Shown here piece by piece: positions 24,974 through 34,864 of a stretch of 64,000 nt of DNA. This DNA is from a virus (taxonomy: Duplodnaviria; Caudoviricetes): IMG/VR virus record IMGVR_UViG_3300020577_005397, positions 2,746 through 66,745 of that record; one strand, 5' to 3'. The translations under genes were made by a program, and so were the position numbers. The stretch's first letter is position 1, and every line of letters begins with the position of its first letter. The notes beneath the pieces are model-generated. The model did not search any database and was not told the origin of the DNA. It saw only the letters and a list, made by a program, of their open reading frames with translations.

Positions 24974-25384
24974 ATGGCAACTCCTGAATCTATGTTCGAT
25001 CTGCCAGAAGAAGAGAAGAAGCACGTCGTTGAACTCATCGACACGATGATTGCCGACATGCAGGCGCGAGCCGACGAGTTCCTGACGGAAGTCGATGAGG
25101 CCCGCGATCAGATCAACGCAGTGGCCGACCAGCTCTCCCCCGCCGAGGTGGAGCGCCGGGATCTGGTCACAGGTGTCGGCCAGATGAGCGCCGAGTACGC
25201 ACTGGTCCCGCTGCGTTTCCTCAAGCAGCATCGGGAAGCCCTGCTCCGCAACGGCCCCGACCTGATCTTCCTGCTCCGTGACATCATCGTCAACGGCCAG
25301 GAAGGCACTCGCGCCGCCGTGGAGACCTATCAGGCCAACATCGAGGCAGCGGCCCGCGCTCAGGACGAGGAAGATCCCTCATGA
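24974..25384 (+). CDS. Helical/coiled-coil hypothetical protein
   Basis: GAGG SD. Confidence 0.7.
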   Translation: MATPESMFDLPEEEKKHVVELIDTMIADMQARADEFLTEVDEARDQINAVADQLSPAEVERRDLVTGVGQMSAEYALVPLRFLKQHREALLRNGPDLIFLLRDIIVNGQEGTRAAVETYQANIEAAARAQDEEDPS

Positions 25385-26217
25385 TCTACGAGGCTATCGC
25401 TTCCCTTCCGGGCACGCACGCCTACTCGGATTACCTGATGGTGGTCTGCCCGTTTCACGGCGGCGAGAAGCCTAATATGATGGTGTCGCAGCGCACCGGC
25501 AAAGCGTACTGCATGGGTGAGGGACGGTTCTACGAGCTTGAGGAAACCTATTCTCGGCTCCTCACCGCCCCCGCTCCTCCGTCAGTATCCGGACCTGCCT
25601 ACCCAGACAGAGTGGTCCCCATTCGACCTGGAACCTGGGTGGCGCAGGAGCTGCATCACCGTCGCATCACCGACTATTCCCGGCTGGCGATGGGGCCTGA
25701 CGGGAATAGTTTGGCCTTCCTGGACAAGCGTAACCGCGTTCAGGTCTATCGCTTCGGGGATGGCTTTGGCTATCGCACCGTGGGCAAGGATCTGATCTGG
25801 AGCCAACAGGACATCGGGAATGCCTTCCTGGGCACGTTGGTTGTATACGGCATGTTGGATGCGGTGGCCTGTGTGCCTGTCGTCAGTCCGCTGAACATGC
25901 TGGTCGTAACCGGCACACGCGGGCAGACGAGCTACGCGGCTCCCTATCTGAGCCTGCCAGCGCCCATCTGGGTGTGGCCGGATCGGTACGAGGAGCGCAA
26001 CGCCCTTCGGCTTCTGTCTCGATTGGGATGGCGAGCCGGGGGCATGATCGATCCACTGCCCGAGTATAAAGACCCCAGTGACGTGATCTCTGTGATGGGT
26101 CACGACTGGACAACAACTTACGTGTCGTCATATGTCCTGATGGACTGGAGTCGTCGTGGCGAAACAGAAGCTGTCCACCCCGCCGAGTACGAAGCTGTCC
26201 TGGCCGCAGGCCAGTGA
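25381..26217 (+). CDS. DNA primase (Zn finger plus degenerate TOPRIM)
   Basis: CPFHGGEKP..YCMG, YGMLDA, WPD, KDPSD; directly before the helicase. Confidence 0.75.
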   Translation: MIYEAIASLPGTHAYSDYLMVVCPFHGGEKPNMMVSQRTGKAYCMGEGRFYELEETYSRLLTAPAPPSVSGPAYPDRVVPIRPGTWVAQELHHRRITDYSRLAMGPDGNSLAFLDKRNRVQVYRFGDGFGYRTVGKDLIWSQQDIGNAFLGTLVVYGMLDAVACVPVVSPLNMLVVTGTRGQTSYAAPYLSLPAPIWVWPDRYEERNALRLLSRLGWRAGGMIDPLPEYKDPSDVISVMGHDWTTTYVSSYVLMDWSRRGETEAVHPAEYEAVLAAGQ

Positions 26218-27448
26218 AATTGTTGCAGGTCTCATTCTTGCAGGAGACATCTCGCCGCAGGTAGTGCATCCCGAGCACCTGAGCGAGCCGTACAACCGAA
26301 TACCTCAGCTCTCTGTCGAGCTGCAACGCCTGCCAACATCAGGCGAATACGCGGCCAACATTGGCCCCTTGTTTTATGGACGCGCACTACAGGCTCGTCA
26401 AGCAGTGTCAACGTCACCGGCCAACGCCACTGCATGGACGGAAGCCCTACTGGAAGCCTGGAAAACCGAAGCCCTGGCTCGGGAACACACAGCCATCTCG
26501 GATGCACTCAGGGCGGGTCGTCCTTACGATCCATCACGGCTGACGAAGATTGCTGCTGCCAATACCACAAGCTACTGGCAGCAGCTTTCTCAAGTCAGTG
26601 CAGCGCAGACACAATACTATCCCACAGGCGTCAGCTTTATCGACAAGCATGTGGGAGGCTTGCCGAAATCAATGGTGATCCTGGCCGGAGACACCGGCAG
26701 CGGAAAGACCTTCCTGGCCCAGCTCATGGCCGCAGGCAAGGCGGGCCTCGGGGAGAACGTGTACATCTTCAGCCGTGAGATGACGGCTGGTGACATCCGG
26801 TTCCGCATGGATCAGATGGGGGTTGATCCGGCGCGTATGGATCGGATCTTCGTGGATGATCGTCCTCTGGACATCGAGGACATGCGGGCGATCATGCTCC
26901 GGGATAGCGATCAACCCGGACTGATCGTGATCGACTTTGTAGATTACATCGCGGCAGGCAATGCGTCGGAGGCGGAGTTCGCCCGGATCTATGCCTGTGC
27001 AGCGGACATGTACAAGGACCATCGGTGTACGGTCCTGGTGCTGGCGCAGACCAGTCGTGAGGGCACGGGCGTCATGCCCCGCAAGCACGACTTGCGTTAC
27101 AGCAAGATGGCAGAAAGCCTCGGCGCTCTGGTGTGGTTGATCCTGAACCCGCACACGAGCCAGTATGTGTCGAGCGTGCGAGCCCTGTTCCCGGATGTGG
27201 TCCGTGGTCTCAAGCGGGCCTACATCATCCAGGACAAGGCTCGCTACGGTGCCCAGGGCCACAACGAAAGCCTCGGAGTGATCGAAGTCACCTGGGGCGA
27301 TGGTGGCAAGGGGTTCCTGGACGACGGCACGGATGAGTGGCACGACATGACCATCTACGAGAGTGCAGGTTCCTCTCGTGGAAACAAGGAACAGGCCCAG
27401 GCGGCATCCGGCCACCGGGGAGTAAGAGGACCGGGCTATGTATCGTAA
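26156..27448 (+). CDS. dnaB: DnaB-like replicative helicase
   Basis: GDTGSGKT, FSREM, IVIDF, VLAQ, DLRYS. Confidence 0.85.
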   Translation: MAKQKLSTPPSTKLSWPQASEIVAGLILAGDISPQVVHPEHLSEPYNRIPQLSVELQRLPTSGEYAANIGPLFYGRALQARQAVSTSPANATAWTEALLEAWKTEALAREHTAISDALRAGRPYDPSRLTKIAAANTTSYWQQLSQVSAAQTQYYPTGVSFIDKHVGGLPKSMVILAGDTGSGKTFLAQLMAAGKAGLGENVYIFSREMTAGDIRFRMDQMGVDPARMDRIFVDDRPLDIEDMRAIMLRDSDQPGLIVIDFVDYIAAGNASEAEFARIYACAADMYKDHRCTVLVLAQTSREGTGVMPRKHDLRYSKMAESLGALVWLILNPHTSQYVSSVRALFPDVVRGLKRAYIIQDKARYGAQGHNESLGVIEVTWGDGGKGFLDDGTDEWHDMTIYESAGSSRGNKEQAQAASGHRGVRGPGYVS

Positions 27449-29192
27449 GTCACTTGAGAACGGCGTGAACGTGATCTTCAACCCTACCCCCAGTCAGATC
27501 ATCTGGCCGGGAGAGGGAGAGCGTCGGGTCATCGCCGTGGACATCGAGACGGTCGAGGACGATCCGAACCGGATTCACCGGGCCTCGGGCGTCATGAAGC
27601 TCGTGTCCTACACGTTCGATGGCGTGAACGTGTATGTCGAAGAGGCGTTCCCCTCGCAGGGCTATGAGTTCGCCCACGTCTTCTCTGACCACGTTGTGCC
27701 GTCCGCCCTGAACCAGAATTACATCTGGGTCTTTCACAACGGCACGTTCGACCTTGCCTATCTCAAGAAAGATCCGATCCTACGCGACAAGGCGGGCAAG
27801 CTCAATATCCTGCCTCGCTACTTGCGCGACACTCGGTTGATTGAGAAGGCCCTGTATGCGAACTGGTACAAGAGCTTCAGCCTTGCAGCCGTGACGGCTC
27901 GCCGGTTCGACGTGGTGCTCGATAAGGACGTGCGAGAGACCTTTGTGACGGCTACTCGCAACGACCCCATCACGGAGGAACAGATCGACTACGCCGCAGT
28001 GGACGTGGCGTTCACATGGCGCATCTATGACAAGCAGCGTCTTGAGGTTCAGCAGGCACCCCCGAAGCTACGGGAAGCGATCCTGCTGGACAGCAAAGCG
28101 GCCTGGAGCACGTTGCACTTCCGGGGGGCACCCGTCGATGTGGCGGAATGGACAGCCAACGCGGGACGCAACTCCACGGCGCTCGATCAGGAACTGAGGA
28201 GCTTCCCAGCTAATCCTCGGAGCCCCAAACAAGTCCTGGCTTGGCTTGCTGGTCTCGGCATCTATACGCAGACGACATCGGCCAAGGAACTCAAGCGCCT
28301 AGCGTCCAAGCACCCCGAAGTGCAACGGCTCTTGGAGATCCGCAAGCTCTCCAAGCTGACCTCTTCCTACGGGCTGGACTGGCTGAAATTCGTGGACCCA
28401 GACGGGCTGGTCTACCCGTCGTACAACATCTATGGGGCAGAGACCTCGCGCTGGAGCAGTGCCAACCCGAACCTCCAGCAGATCCCGCGAGGCGACTACC
28501 GCAAGATGTTCAAGGCCCCACCGGGCTATGCGTGGGTCATCGCGGACTACTCCCAACAGGAGGTCCGCATCGCCGCATGGATGGCGAAGGACCACAAGCT
28601 GATCGAGCTGCTGGACCGAGGAGATGTGTACACCGAGGTCGGACGGATCATCTATAACGATCCGGCCATGCAGAAAACGGACAAGCGGCGACAACTCGCC
28701 AAGAGCGCGGTGCTGGGCCTGCTCTACGGCCTCACCCCGAGCGGCATGGCGAAGAACCAGAACATCTCCAAGGACAAGGCCAAGGAGGCGTTCGACGGCA
28801 TCAAGAATGCCTTCCCGGCTCTGTGGAAGTTCATCCACGACCACCGGCAGGCCGAGACGGATGGCTACGTGTCCACGGTGATGGGCCACATGTACTGGCT
28901 CAATCTGTGGGCCTGGAACTGGCGCAACAACGCGGCCAACTCACCTGTGCAGGGCTCCGGCTCTGACATGGTGAAGATCGCAGTGTACAAGTACACGCTT
29001 CAGCGCCCGTTCGAGATCGCGCTGGTCGTGCATGACGAGATCGCGGCCCTCGTGCCTGTAGACGAGGCCCCGGCAGCGAAGGCGATGCTGGAGCGGTGTA
29101 TGCAGGAGGCGTTCGAGGAATGCCTTCCCGGTATGCCGAGTGGCAAGGTGGCCGAGGCCCACATCGGAGCCTCCTGGGCGGACAAGGAGTAA
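27438..29192 (+). CDS. polA: Family A DNA polymerase with 3'-5' exonuclease
   Basis: DIET, HNGTFD, YAAVD; RWSSANPNLQQIP, DYSQQEVR, AKSAVLGLLYG, VQGSGSD, VHDEI. Confidence 0.95.
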   Translation: MYRKSLENGVNVIFNPTPSQIIWPGEGERRVIAVDIETVEDDPNRIHRASGVMKLVSYTFDGVNVYVEEAFPSQGYEFAHVFSDHVVPSALNQNYIWVFHNGTFDLAYLKKDPILRDKAGKLNILPRYLRDTRLIEKALYANWYKSFSLAAVTARRFDVVLDKDVRETFVTATRNDPITEEQIDYAAVDVAFTWRIYDKQRLEVQQAPPKLREAILLDSKAAWSTLHFRGAPVDVAEWTANAGRNSTALDQELRSFPANPRSPKQVLAWLAGLGIYTQTTSAKELKRLASKHPEVQRLLEIRKLSKLTSSYGLDWLKFVDPDGLVYPSYNIYGAETSRWSSANPNLQQIPRGDYRKMFKAPPGYAWVIADYSQQEVRIAAWMAKDHKLIELLDRGDVYTEVGRIIYNDPAMQKTDKRRQLAKSAVLGLLYGLTPSGMAKNQNISKDKAKEAFDGIKNAFPALWKFIHDHRQAETDGYVSTVMGHMYWLNLWAWNWRNNAANSPVQGSGSDMVKIAVYKYTLQRPFEIALVVHDEIAALVPVDEAPAAKAMLERCMQEAFEECLPGMPSGKVAEAHIGASWADKE

Positions 29193-29195
29193 CAG

Positions 29196-29696
29196 ATGGT
29201 CACAATCATGGTCGCACGCTTGGCCTATCCCATCACTGAGGATCGCAACGCGGAGCCCATCTATCTGGCCCCGAAGGATCTGCCCGAGGACGAGATCAAG
29301 AAGGCAGTCACGGGGCGGACAGGCGGGCTACGCGGGGTCATCGTGGACCTTCAGGAGCTGATCGGGGACGAGATCCAGATCCTGGTCATGTTCCCTGGAG
29401 GCTGGGCAGGCAAGAAACCCCCGGCAGATCTGGTCGAGGAGCGTGTCAGCAACTACTTGACTCTTTGCCAGGAATCTGCTATTGTAGTGGCTGGCGCGAC
29501 GGTCTGTAACTTCTTCGGTCCGAAGATCTACAAGACCTACGCGGGAACGGCCTGCAAGGACTTCGGTGTGTGGCTTTATCCGGCCCCGCATCCTGAAGAC
29601 CTGCTCAACAGTAACAACGTAACAGTTGGCGATCTGGTCATCGCCCTCAAGAAAGCGAGTATGGTAAATGGACGAGTATCAACGCAAAATGCGTGA
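29196..29696 (+). CDS. Hypothetical protein
   Basis: AAGGAG SD. Confidence 0.7.
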   Translation: MVTIMVARLAYPITEDRNAEPIYLAPKDLPEDEIKKAVTGRTGGLRGVIVDLQELIGDEIQILVMFPGGWAGKKPPADLVEERVSNYLTLCQESAIVVAGATVCNFFGPKIYKTYAGTACKDFGVWLYPAPHPEDLLNSNNVTVGDLVIALKKASMVNGRVSTQNA

Positions 29697-30321
29697 GGAG
29701 ATCACGAACGGCATTGGCGAGGCTGTCGAAGACCTCAAGGAACACCAGGACATGGGTCGCTGGTGGGGCTTCTTGGGCACGCTTCAGGCGATGACGAAGG
29801 CCGGGGCCTACGGCGTCATGCTGGGCATGGCGAAGGGTTGGGAGACCATCAACAACAACCATGCCGCTTTCGATGGCATGAGCCGCGAGGACTACCTGCG
29901 CCAAGGACAGGCCAACCTCAACATCGATCCGGCGACCGGTGATCGCTACATGCGCACCGTGAGCCTGTACGAGCGCGAAGACTTTGTGGGCCTGGACGAG
30001 CCCGTGCTGGAGCAGCTTCAGGCGCTGCCGGTGCAGTGGCAGATCCGGGTCATGCAGTCCCTGGGCGACACGCCCATCACCGAGGAAGTTGTCAAGGACA
30101 TCCTCTCTTCGGGCTCGTTCGAACAGCTCAACGAACGGCTGCGTCTGCGCAAGGGCGGCAAGCCTCGCACGGGCACGAGCTTTTCGATCAACCCGACCGG
30201 CGAGGTCTTCGCCTACTATGACGGCGACATTGTTCAGGGTGGACCCGTGGCGGTCTGGATGGGCCGCACCGACAGTCGTGAGTACGCCGAGTTCCTTCGG
30301 CGGCTCGGAATCAGGAGCTGA
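29668..30321 (+). CDS. Hypothetical protein
   Basis: Phage-like codon usage, within the operon. Confidence 0.75.
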   Translation: MDEYQRKMREEITNGIGEAVEDLKEHQDMGRWWGFLGTLQAMTKAGAYGVMLGMAKGWETINNNHAAFDGMSREDYLRQGQANLNIDPATGDRYMRTVSLYEREDFVGLDEPVLEQLQALPVQWQIRVMQSLGDTPITEEVVKDILSSGSFEQLNERLRLRKGGKPRTGTSFSINPTGEVFAYYDGDIVQGGPVAVWMGRTDSREYAEFLRRLGIRS

Positions 30322-30323
30322 CC

Positions 30324-30656
30324 ATGACGAGTGAACCGGGCTATCCAAGCGAAGAAGACCTCGCTCGCATTCACAACTGGAAGATCTACGGTCCCCGCGA
30401 CATCCGTGCCCTGTTGGCCTTCGTGCAGCAGCGGTGGGAATACTCCAGCTATTTCGATCCCATCCCGCTGGGCGAGCAGGAGTTCCAGGTGCACACTGGG
30501 GGCTGGAGCGGCAACGAAGACCTGATCGCGGCCCTCGAAGACAATGAGATCTTCTGGATGGTGTGTTGGCAGGCCACGAGGCGAGGAGGGCACTACACCT
30601 TCTCGATCCCGAGCCTGCCGGAGATCCCTGACGATGCTGACACCCAACCAGAATGA
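30324..30656 (+). CDS. Phage hypothetical protein (TGGWSGNE..RRGGHY type)
   Basis: Recognisable motif; AGGAG SD. Confidence 0.75.
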   Translation: MTSEPGYPSEEDLARIHNWKIYGPRDIRALLAFVQQRWEYSSYFDPIPLGEQEFQVHTGGWSGNEDLIAALEDNEIFWMVCWQATRRGGHYTFSIPSLPEIPDDADTQPE

Positions 30657-30933
30657 CATCACACGACAGGCTCTGCTGGACGCGGGGTGGACTGCTCACT
30701 ACCTGGACCTGGAATACGTCTACGGGAAGTCCATCGGTCCGGTGGTTGCCAGTCCCTCGCTGGGCAAGCACCTCTTCTACGTGAAATGGGATCGGGAGAA
30801 CAAGGACATCATCCGAGAGATCGGCTGCATCGAGGACACCGGAGAGTTCTCCGACGAGACTGTACACGCGACGAACATCCACAACATGTACGAACTCATG
30901 CTGTGGGTTCGCCTCACGGGAGAAGAGGCATGA
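30634..30933 (+). CDS. Hypothetical protein
   Basis: GGAG SD, coupled. Confidence 0.65.
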   Translation: MLTPNQNDITRQALLDAGWTAHYLDLEYVYGKSIGPVVASPSLGKHLFYVKWDRENKDIIREIGCIEDTGEFSDETVHATNIHNMYELMLWVRLTGEEA

Positions 30934-31175
30934 CGCCGACCGATCCGCTTTCCATTTTCCTGATTTCCTACGGAGTGGGGCTCTTCCTCGTGTTCGGAGG
31001 GATGACGGTCCTGCTGTCCTACCAGGATGAGGAGGAAAGTGACGTTCCTCCTCTGGTCATTGCGGCGGTGTGGCCCCTGGTGCTGCTCGGCACTCTTGTG
31101 TACATTCTCTACATTGCAGTGGAGTGGCCTTTCGTTCTGCTCGGCAGATGGCTACGGACACGGAGGTATAAATGA
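30930..31175 (+). CDS. Small two-TM membrane protein
   Basis: Two hydrophobic segments; ATGA overlaps. Confidence 0.7.
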   Translation: MTPTDPLSIFLISYGVGLFLVFGGMTVLLSYQDEEESDVPPLVIAAVWPLVLLGTLVYILYIAVEWPFVLLGRWLRTRRYK

Positions 31176-32128
31176 CGCCGACTGACATGTATGAAAGGGT
31201 ACAAGCCACCGTTGGCCTTGTGCCCATCCAGCGCACCGGTCTTCCCTCCCTCGATGACGCGCTCGGGGGAGGGCTCCGGCGCAAGAGCCGAATGGAGATT
31301 GCAGGCCCCGAGTTCAGCGGCAAGACAACCCTCTCAATGGCTCTGGCTGCAAGGGTCTCCGCTCCCGACAAACGTATCTTGCTGGTAGATCTGGAAGGGG
31401 TAGGGGACGGTGGCTACGCGATCCAGATCTCGGGTGCCTACAAGCCCTGGCAAGGCGATCTGTGGGTGGCTCCAATGGAGCACAAGGTCAAGGGAGAGTT
31501 CCAGCCCACCTCCCACACCGACCGGGCCGACTATGCCCTCAAGGAGTTTGCCGAAGAAGATGTCGTGGCGATGGTGTACGATAGCCTTGGAGCCCATAAG
31601 GCAGCTTCATCACTGACGGGCTCCATCGGTGACGCGAACATGGGCAAGGATGCGAAGGAGATCTCGAACTTCTACAGCATGTTCTGGAACGTGGCCGGGA
31701 TCAAGAACGATGCGTATCTCTTCGCCATCAACCACTTGCATCCGAAGTTGAACGGAATGGGCGGAAGCGAGACTTCCCGAGGCATGGCCCCTCGATACCA
31801 CAGTGACTACCGCCTCCGGGTCTGGACGAAGCACGACGAGGATTACTGCTGGACGATCCAGGGCACGGTCTACAAGAGACGTTCAGCAGGCACGGGAGAC
31901 TTCGCAGTCGAGATGGTTCCCCAGGAGGGCATTCACTGGGGACTGAGCGCGGTGCAAGATTGTCTTCGCTGGAAACTTGCCAGTCTGGATCGCACGATCA
32001 AGATGGACGGCAAGAGCTACGGATACTACTCCAAGGTCGTTGAGAACCGGAACGACGACGACCTTCTGCAACCTTTCGTAACAGCAGCCAACAAATACGT
32101 TGATGAAAGGTGGCCCCTCACATGCTGA
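31172..32128 (+). CDS. recA: RecA/UvsX-like recombinase
   Basis: TGLPSLDDALGGG, GPEFSGKTT, VYDSLGA, AINH, GG..TSRG. Confidence 0.85.
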   Translation: MTPTDMYERVQATVGLVPIQRTGLPSLDDALGGGLRRKSRMEIAGPEFSGKTTLSMALAARVSAPDKRILLVDLEGVGDGGYAIQISGAYKPWQGDLWVAPMEHKVKGEFQPTSHTDRADYALKEFAEEDVVAMVYDSLGAHKAASSLTGSIGDANMGKDAKEISNFYSMFWNVAGIKNDAYLFAINHLHPKLNGMGGSETSRGMAPRYHSDYRLRVWTKHDEDYCWTIQGTVYKRRSAGTGDFAVEMVPQEGIHWGLSAVQDCLRWKLASLDRTIKMDGKSYGYYSKVVENRNDDDLLQPFVTAANKYVDERWPLTC

Positions 32129-32766
32129 TCTATGTTGCCGGACCCTACTCGGAGTACGGCGAGTTCACGGTTGCGAAAAACATCGCGGAGGCGAAAGAGA
32201 TCTCGGCTCGCCTGTGGGAGAAGGGACATGCCGTGATCTGTCCCCATATGAACACGGCCTTCTTCGAGAACGAGGCCAACGTCAGCTACCAGCAGTACAT
32301 GGACGGCGACTTCATGATGGTCCGCCGCTGTGACGCGATGGTGATGAACCCGCGTTGGCGCGACAGCAAAGGGGCCAAGATGGAACACGAGTATGCCCGA
32401 AGCCTGGGCATCCCGATCTACTATTGGCCCGACGCTCCCGATCTGCATCTGACCGAAGTCCGCTGCCCCGAACAGGCGAGGGCCTTCTCTGAGCTGGTTG
32501 GAAAGATGTATCGCGTCCACCTGGACAAGAACGCCGACTACTCGCCCGCGAACATCCTGCTCACCGGCAACGTCGGAGCTGCTGTGCGCATCTGGGACAA
32601 GACGGCCCGCATCCTCAACCTGCTCGGCTTCGACCTCAAGGTCAACGTTGGCACCTTCTCGGGTGCTCGCTCTCCGAAGAACGAGAGCTTGCTGGATGCC
32701 TTCATGGACCTCGCGGTCTATGCGATCATCGGCTGGTTGCTCCTGATCGACAAGTGGGGGAAGTGA
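32122..32766 (+). CDS. Fusion of an NDT-like (IYVAGPYS) domain and a KNADY nucleotide-modification-associated domain
   Basis: IYVAGPYS, CDAMV, SKGAKME; KNADY, DKTAR, DLAVYAII. Confidence 0.75.
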   Translation: MLIYVAGPYSEYGEFTVAKNIAEAKEISARLWEKGHAVICPHMNTAFFENEANVSYQQYMDGDFMMVRRCDAMVMNPRWRDSKGAKMEHEYARSLGIPIYYWPDAPDLHLTEVRCPEQARAFSELVGKMYRVHLDKNADYSPANILLTGNVGAAVRIWDKTARILNLLGFDLKVNVGTFSGARSPKNESLLDAFMDLAVYAIIGWLLLIDKWGK

Positions 32767-32770
32767 CGAG

Positions 32771-33361
32771 ATGACCAGCTACGAACATCTCTTCGAGTCA
32801 CAGCTACCTATTATCAACACGGCTCCGTGGATGGCCGCTACGATGACCAGCGCCGAGGACGAGCGCGAGATGGAAGAGATCGGGTGGGAGGTCATTCACT
32901 ATTCGTTCCGGCTTTCGGAGCTGGCCGAGTTCGATGTCGAAGCCTTCGATCCGGGCTACGCGAGCATGGGCATCTGCACGATCCACTACGGACAGGTGGA
33001 TCTCTACCAGTGCGACATGCGAGCAGGCAATACCAAGCCGAGCGCCCCCGAGATCGCTCGCCGCATCTACAGTCTGTATCTGGCCCTTCCCAATGTGGGC
33101 TACGCCAACCACAGCGTGATCGAGAACGCTGCATTCGGCAAGCCGCATGGGCAGGCCAACCTGGGGCTGGTGCGGGGCATCCTCTCGGGCCTTATCATCG
33201 GGAAGGGCGGGGGGCTTGTCTTCTACACGCCCAGTCAGTTCAAGAAGCTCGTCCACGGCACGGACAAGGTGGACTATCACAAAAAGTCAAAGCACTACAA
33301 AGACGCCGTGGCGGCTTATGCAATGGCTTTGGCTCGGTGCAAACAACTGGAAAAGAAGTGA
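32771..33361 (+). CDS. ruvC: RuvC-like Holliday junction resolvase
   Basis: AFDPG, VIEN, TPSQFKK, DAVA. Confidence 0.8.
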   Translation: MTSYEHLFESQLPIINTAPWMAATMTSAEDEREMEEIGWEVIHYSFRLSELAEFDVEAFDPGYASMGICTIHYGQVDLYQCDMRAGNTKPSAPEIARRIYSLYLALPNVGYANHSVIENAAFGKPHGQANLGLVRGILSGLIIGKGGGLVFYTPSQFKKLVHGTDKVDYHKKSKHYKDAVAAYAMALARCKQLEKK

Positions 33362-33364
33362 CCT

Positions 33365-33568
33365 ATGTATGCTGAGATGCTTGCCGACGTTCTGCGAAAG
33401 TACGGATACTGCTGCGGAGACACCCTTACCGGGGAGGAGAGTCGTTCCGCAAACGCCGAGTTCGACGCTGCCTTCAATGACCTGCTGTACAAGCTCCGGC
33501 GCGTCGATGTCTTGAACGACCGCGAAGTGCTGGAGCTGCAAAGGGAGTTCATCGGCAATGGCGAGTGA
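33365..33568 (+). CDS. Small hypothetical protein
   Basis: Within the operon. Confidence 0.6.
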   Translation: MYAEMLADVLRKYGYCCGDTLTGEESRSANAEFDAAFNDLLYKLRRVDVLNDREVLELQREFIGNGE

Positions 33569-34184
33569 TAACAAGCAGCCCCTGATCGCGGCCCAGCTCA
33601 AGCAGGCCCTGAAGCTCCAGGACATCGACCGGGATGATCTGGTGCTATGGGCCTGCATCGCGGCAATGGCGCAGATCAGTGAAGCACTGCACGGGGTGTA
33701 TCTTCACCGCAACTGCGACCGCCGATTTTCCGCGACGGTGATGATGATCCAGAGGGCAGGCCGCATGGCCCACAAGCTCCGCAATGAGAAGCCCAGCCGA
33801 GGGTCCGTGGAGTTCGTGGAGAGCTATGTGGACGACGAGTTGGCCGAGGCGTTGGCGTACTTGTTCCTGGCCGCAAAGGAACGCCCAACGCTTCAGTTCC
33901 GAGCGGCACGCTGGGCTCGGAACATGGTAGAGGCATCCGAGGAGGAGGTATTGGACGACCTGACAACCGAGGACGACGAAGAGATCGCTGCCTGGGAGGC
34001 AGTAAGCAATGAAGCTCTCGACCTTCTTGAACAAGATATCCGGGCCAGCCGCGTGGATGCTGGTCGGGATGCTCTTGACATTGACCCTGTTGTTCTTGAC
34101 GAAGGAGACTTCTGGCGAGGTATGGGTGACGGCCCTGATGGCGGGAGTGCTCGGGTTCGTGGCGAAGATCCATCCGGCCCGTGA
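33558..34184 (+). CDS. Acidic helical hypothetical protein
   Basis: GGGAG SD; 3' end overlaps the next gene by 176 nt. Confidence 0.6.
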   Translation: MASDNKQPLIAAQLKQALKLQDIDRDDLVLWACIAAMAQISEALHGVYLHRNCDRRFSATVMMIQRAGRMAHKLRNEKPSRGSVEFVESYVDDELAEALAYLFLAAKERPTLQFRAARWARNMVEASEEEVLDDLTTEDDEEIAAWEAVSNEALDLLEQDIRASRVDAGRDALDIDPVVLDEGDFWRGMGDGPDGGSARVRGEDPSGP

Positions 34185-34716
34185 GCCGGATGAGGAGTAC
34201 CTTGCGGACCCCGAGGACTACCAACCGACACACAGAGACATTGTGATGGACCCCCGGCGAGTGCCCGACATCCAGGATGTGGTGGACCAGCCGGGGGAGT
34301 TCGAGGACTATGACGAAGGTGGGGGAGAGATCGTTCGCCACTACTATGAGCAAAGCGGCGACTTCATCAACCAGCAATCGTGGCGGCTCCTCATGCGTTC
34401 GTATGTAGCCGTGGCCGAGACCTGTAGCCCTCCGGGGTCGTTCCGCAAAGTGCAGGCCAGCATGGGGTGGCATCCCCGCGAACAGCGGATCTTCAGAGAC
34501 ATGCTGATCGGCGCTGGGCTGGCCGTGGTGGATGCAGGCGGCACCCTGGCCTGGACATCGACCAAAGCCCAGCGGCGCACATGGCTCGCCAACGCAACCT
34601 TCCCTTCCACACCGCCCCCTGTCCAAAAAGCCCCCTGCCCTACCGAAAACCCCTCTCCAGAAGTGCTGGAACACCCCGAAAATCCTGGCACACCCGAAAA
34701 CACCGAAGAATCGTAG
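34009..34716 (+). CDS. Two-TM membrane protein with a cytoplasmic domain
   Basis: GGAGG SD; two N-terminal hydrophobic segments. Confidence 0.7.
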   Translation: MKLSTFLNKISGPAAWMLVGMLLTLTLLFLTKETSGEVWVTALMAGVLGFVAKIHPAREPDEEYLADPEDYQPTHRDIVMDPRRVPDIQDVVDQPGEFEDYDEGGGEIVRHYYEQSGDFINQQSWRLLMRSYVAVAETCSPPGSFRKVQASMGWHPREQRIFRDMLIGAGLAVVDAGGTLAWTSTKAQRRTWLANATFPSTPPPVQKAPCPTENPSPEVLEHPENPGTPENTEES

Positions 34717-34823
34717 GGGTGTGCCAGAAGGGGTCGGAGTTGGTACAGCAGTGTTCCAGGTTTCTGCCCTCTTGGAACACCCCTGTACCAACTTTTTGAT
34801 TCTCCTGGCACACCCCTGTGCCA
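34667..34823. repeat. Phased operator/iteron-like array TGGNACA-N4-TGTNCCA
   Basis: Full sites at 34741, 34773 and 34806; half-sites at 34667, 34686 and 34720. Confidence 0.8.
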
Positions 34824-34835
34824 GAATTTTGCCCC

Positions 34836-34864
34836 TTGACAGGTAGGCTGGAACGCCCTATACT
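34836..34864 (+). promoter_or_regulatory. Sigma70-like promoter followed by a leader hairpin
   Basis: TTGACA-17-TATACT; 12-bp stem TGAGGGGGCCGT (34875)/ACGGCCCCCTCA (34917). Confidence 0.75.

Noticed and set aside
33558-34184. 176-nt overlap as a programmed recoding signal
   Set aside because: The downstream gene has its own strong SD and no slippery site is evident; a simple stop loss explains it
29647-34791. Minus-strand ORFs 29647..30882 and 33676..34791
   Set aside because: Antisense to a coherent coupled plus-strand operon
34667-34823. Sigma54 promoters (TGGCAC) or a CRISPR array
   Set aside because: No TTGC at -12; units are dyads with variable linkers
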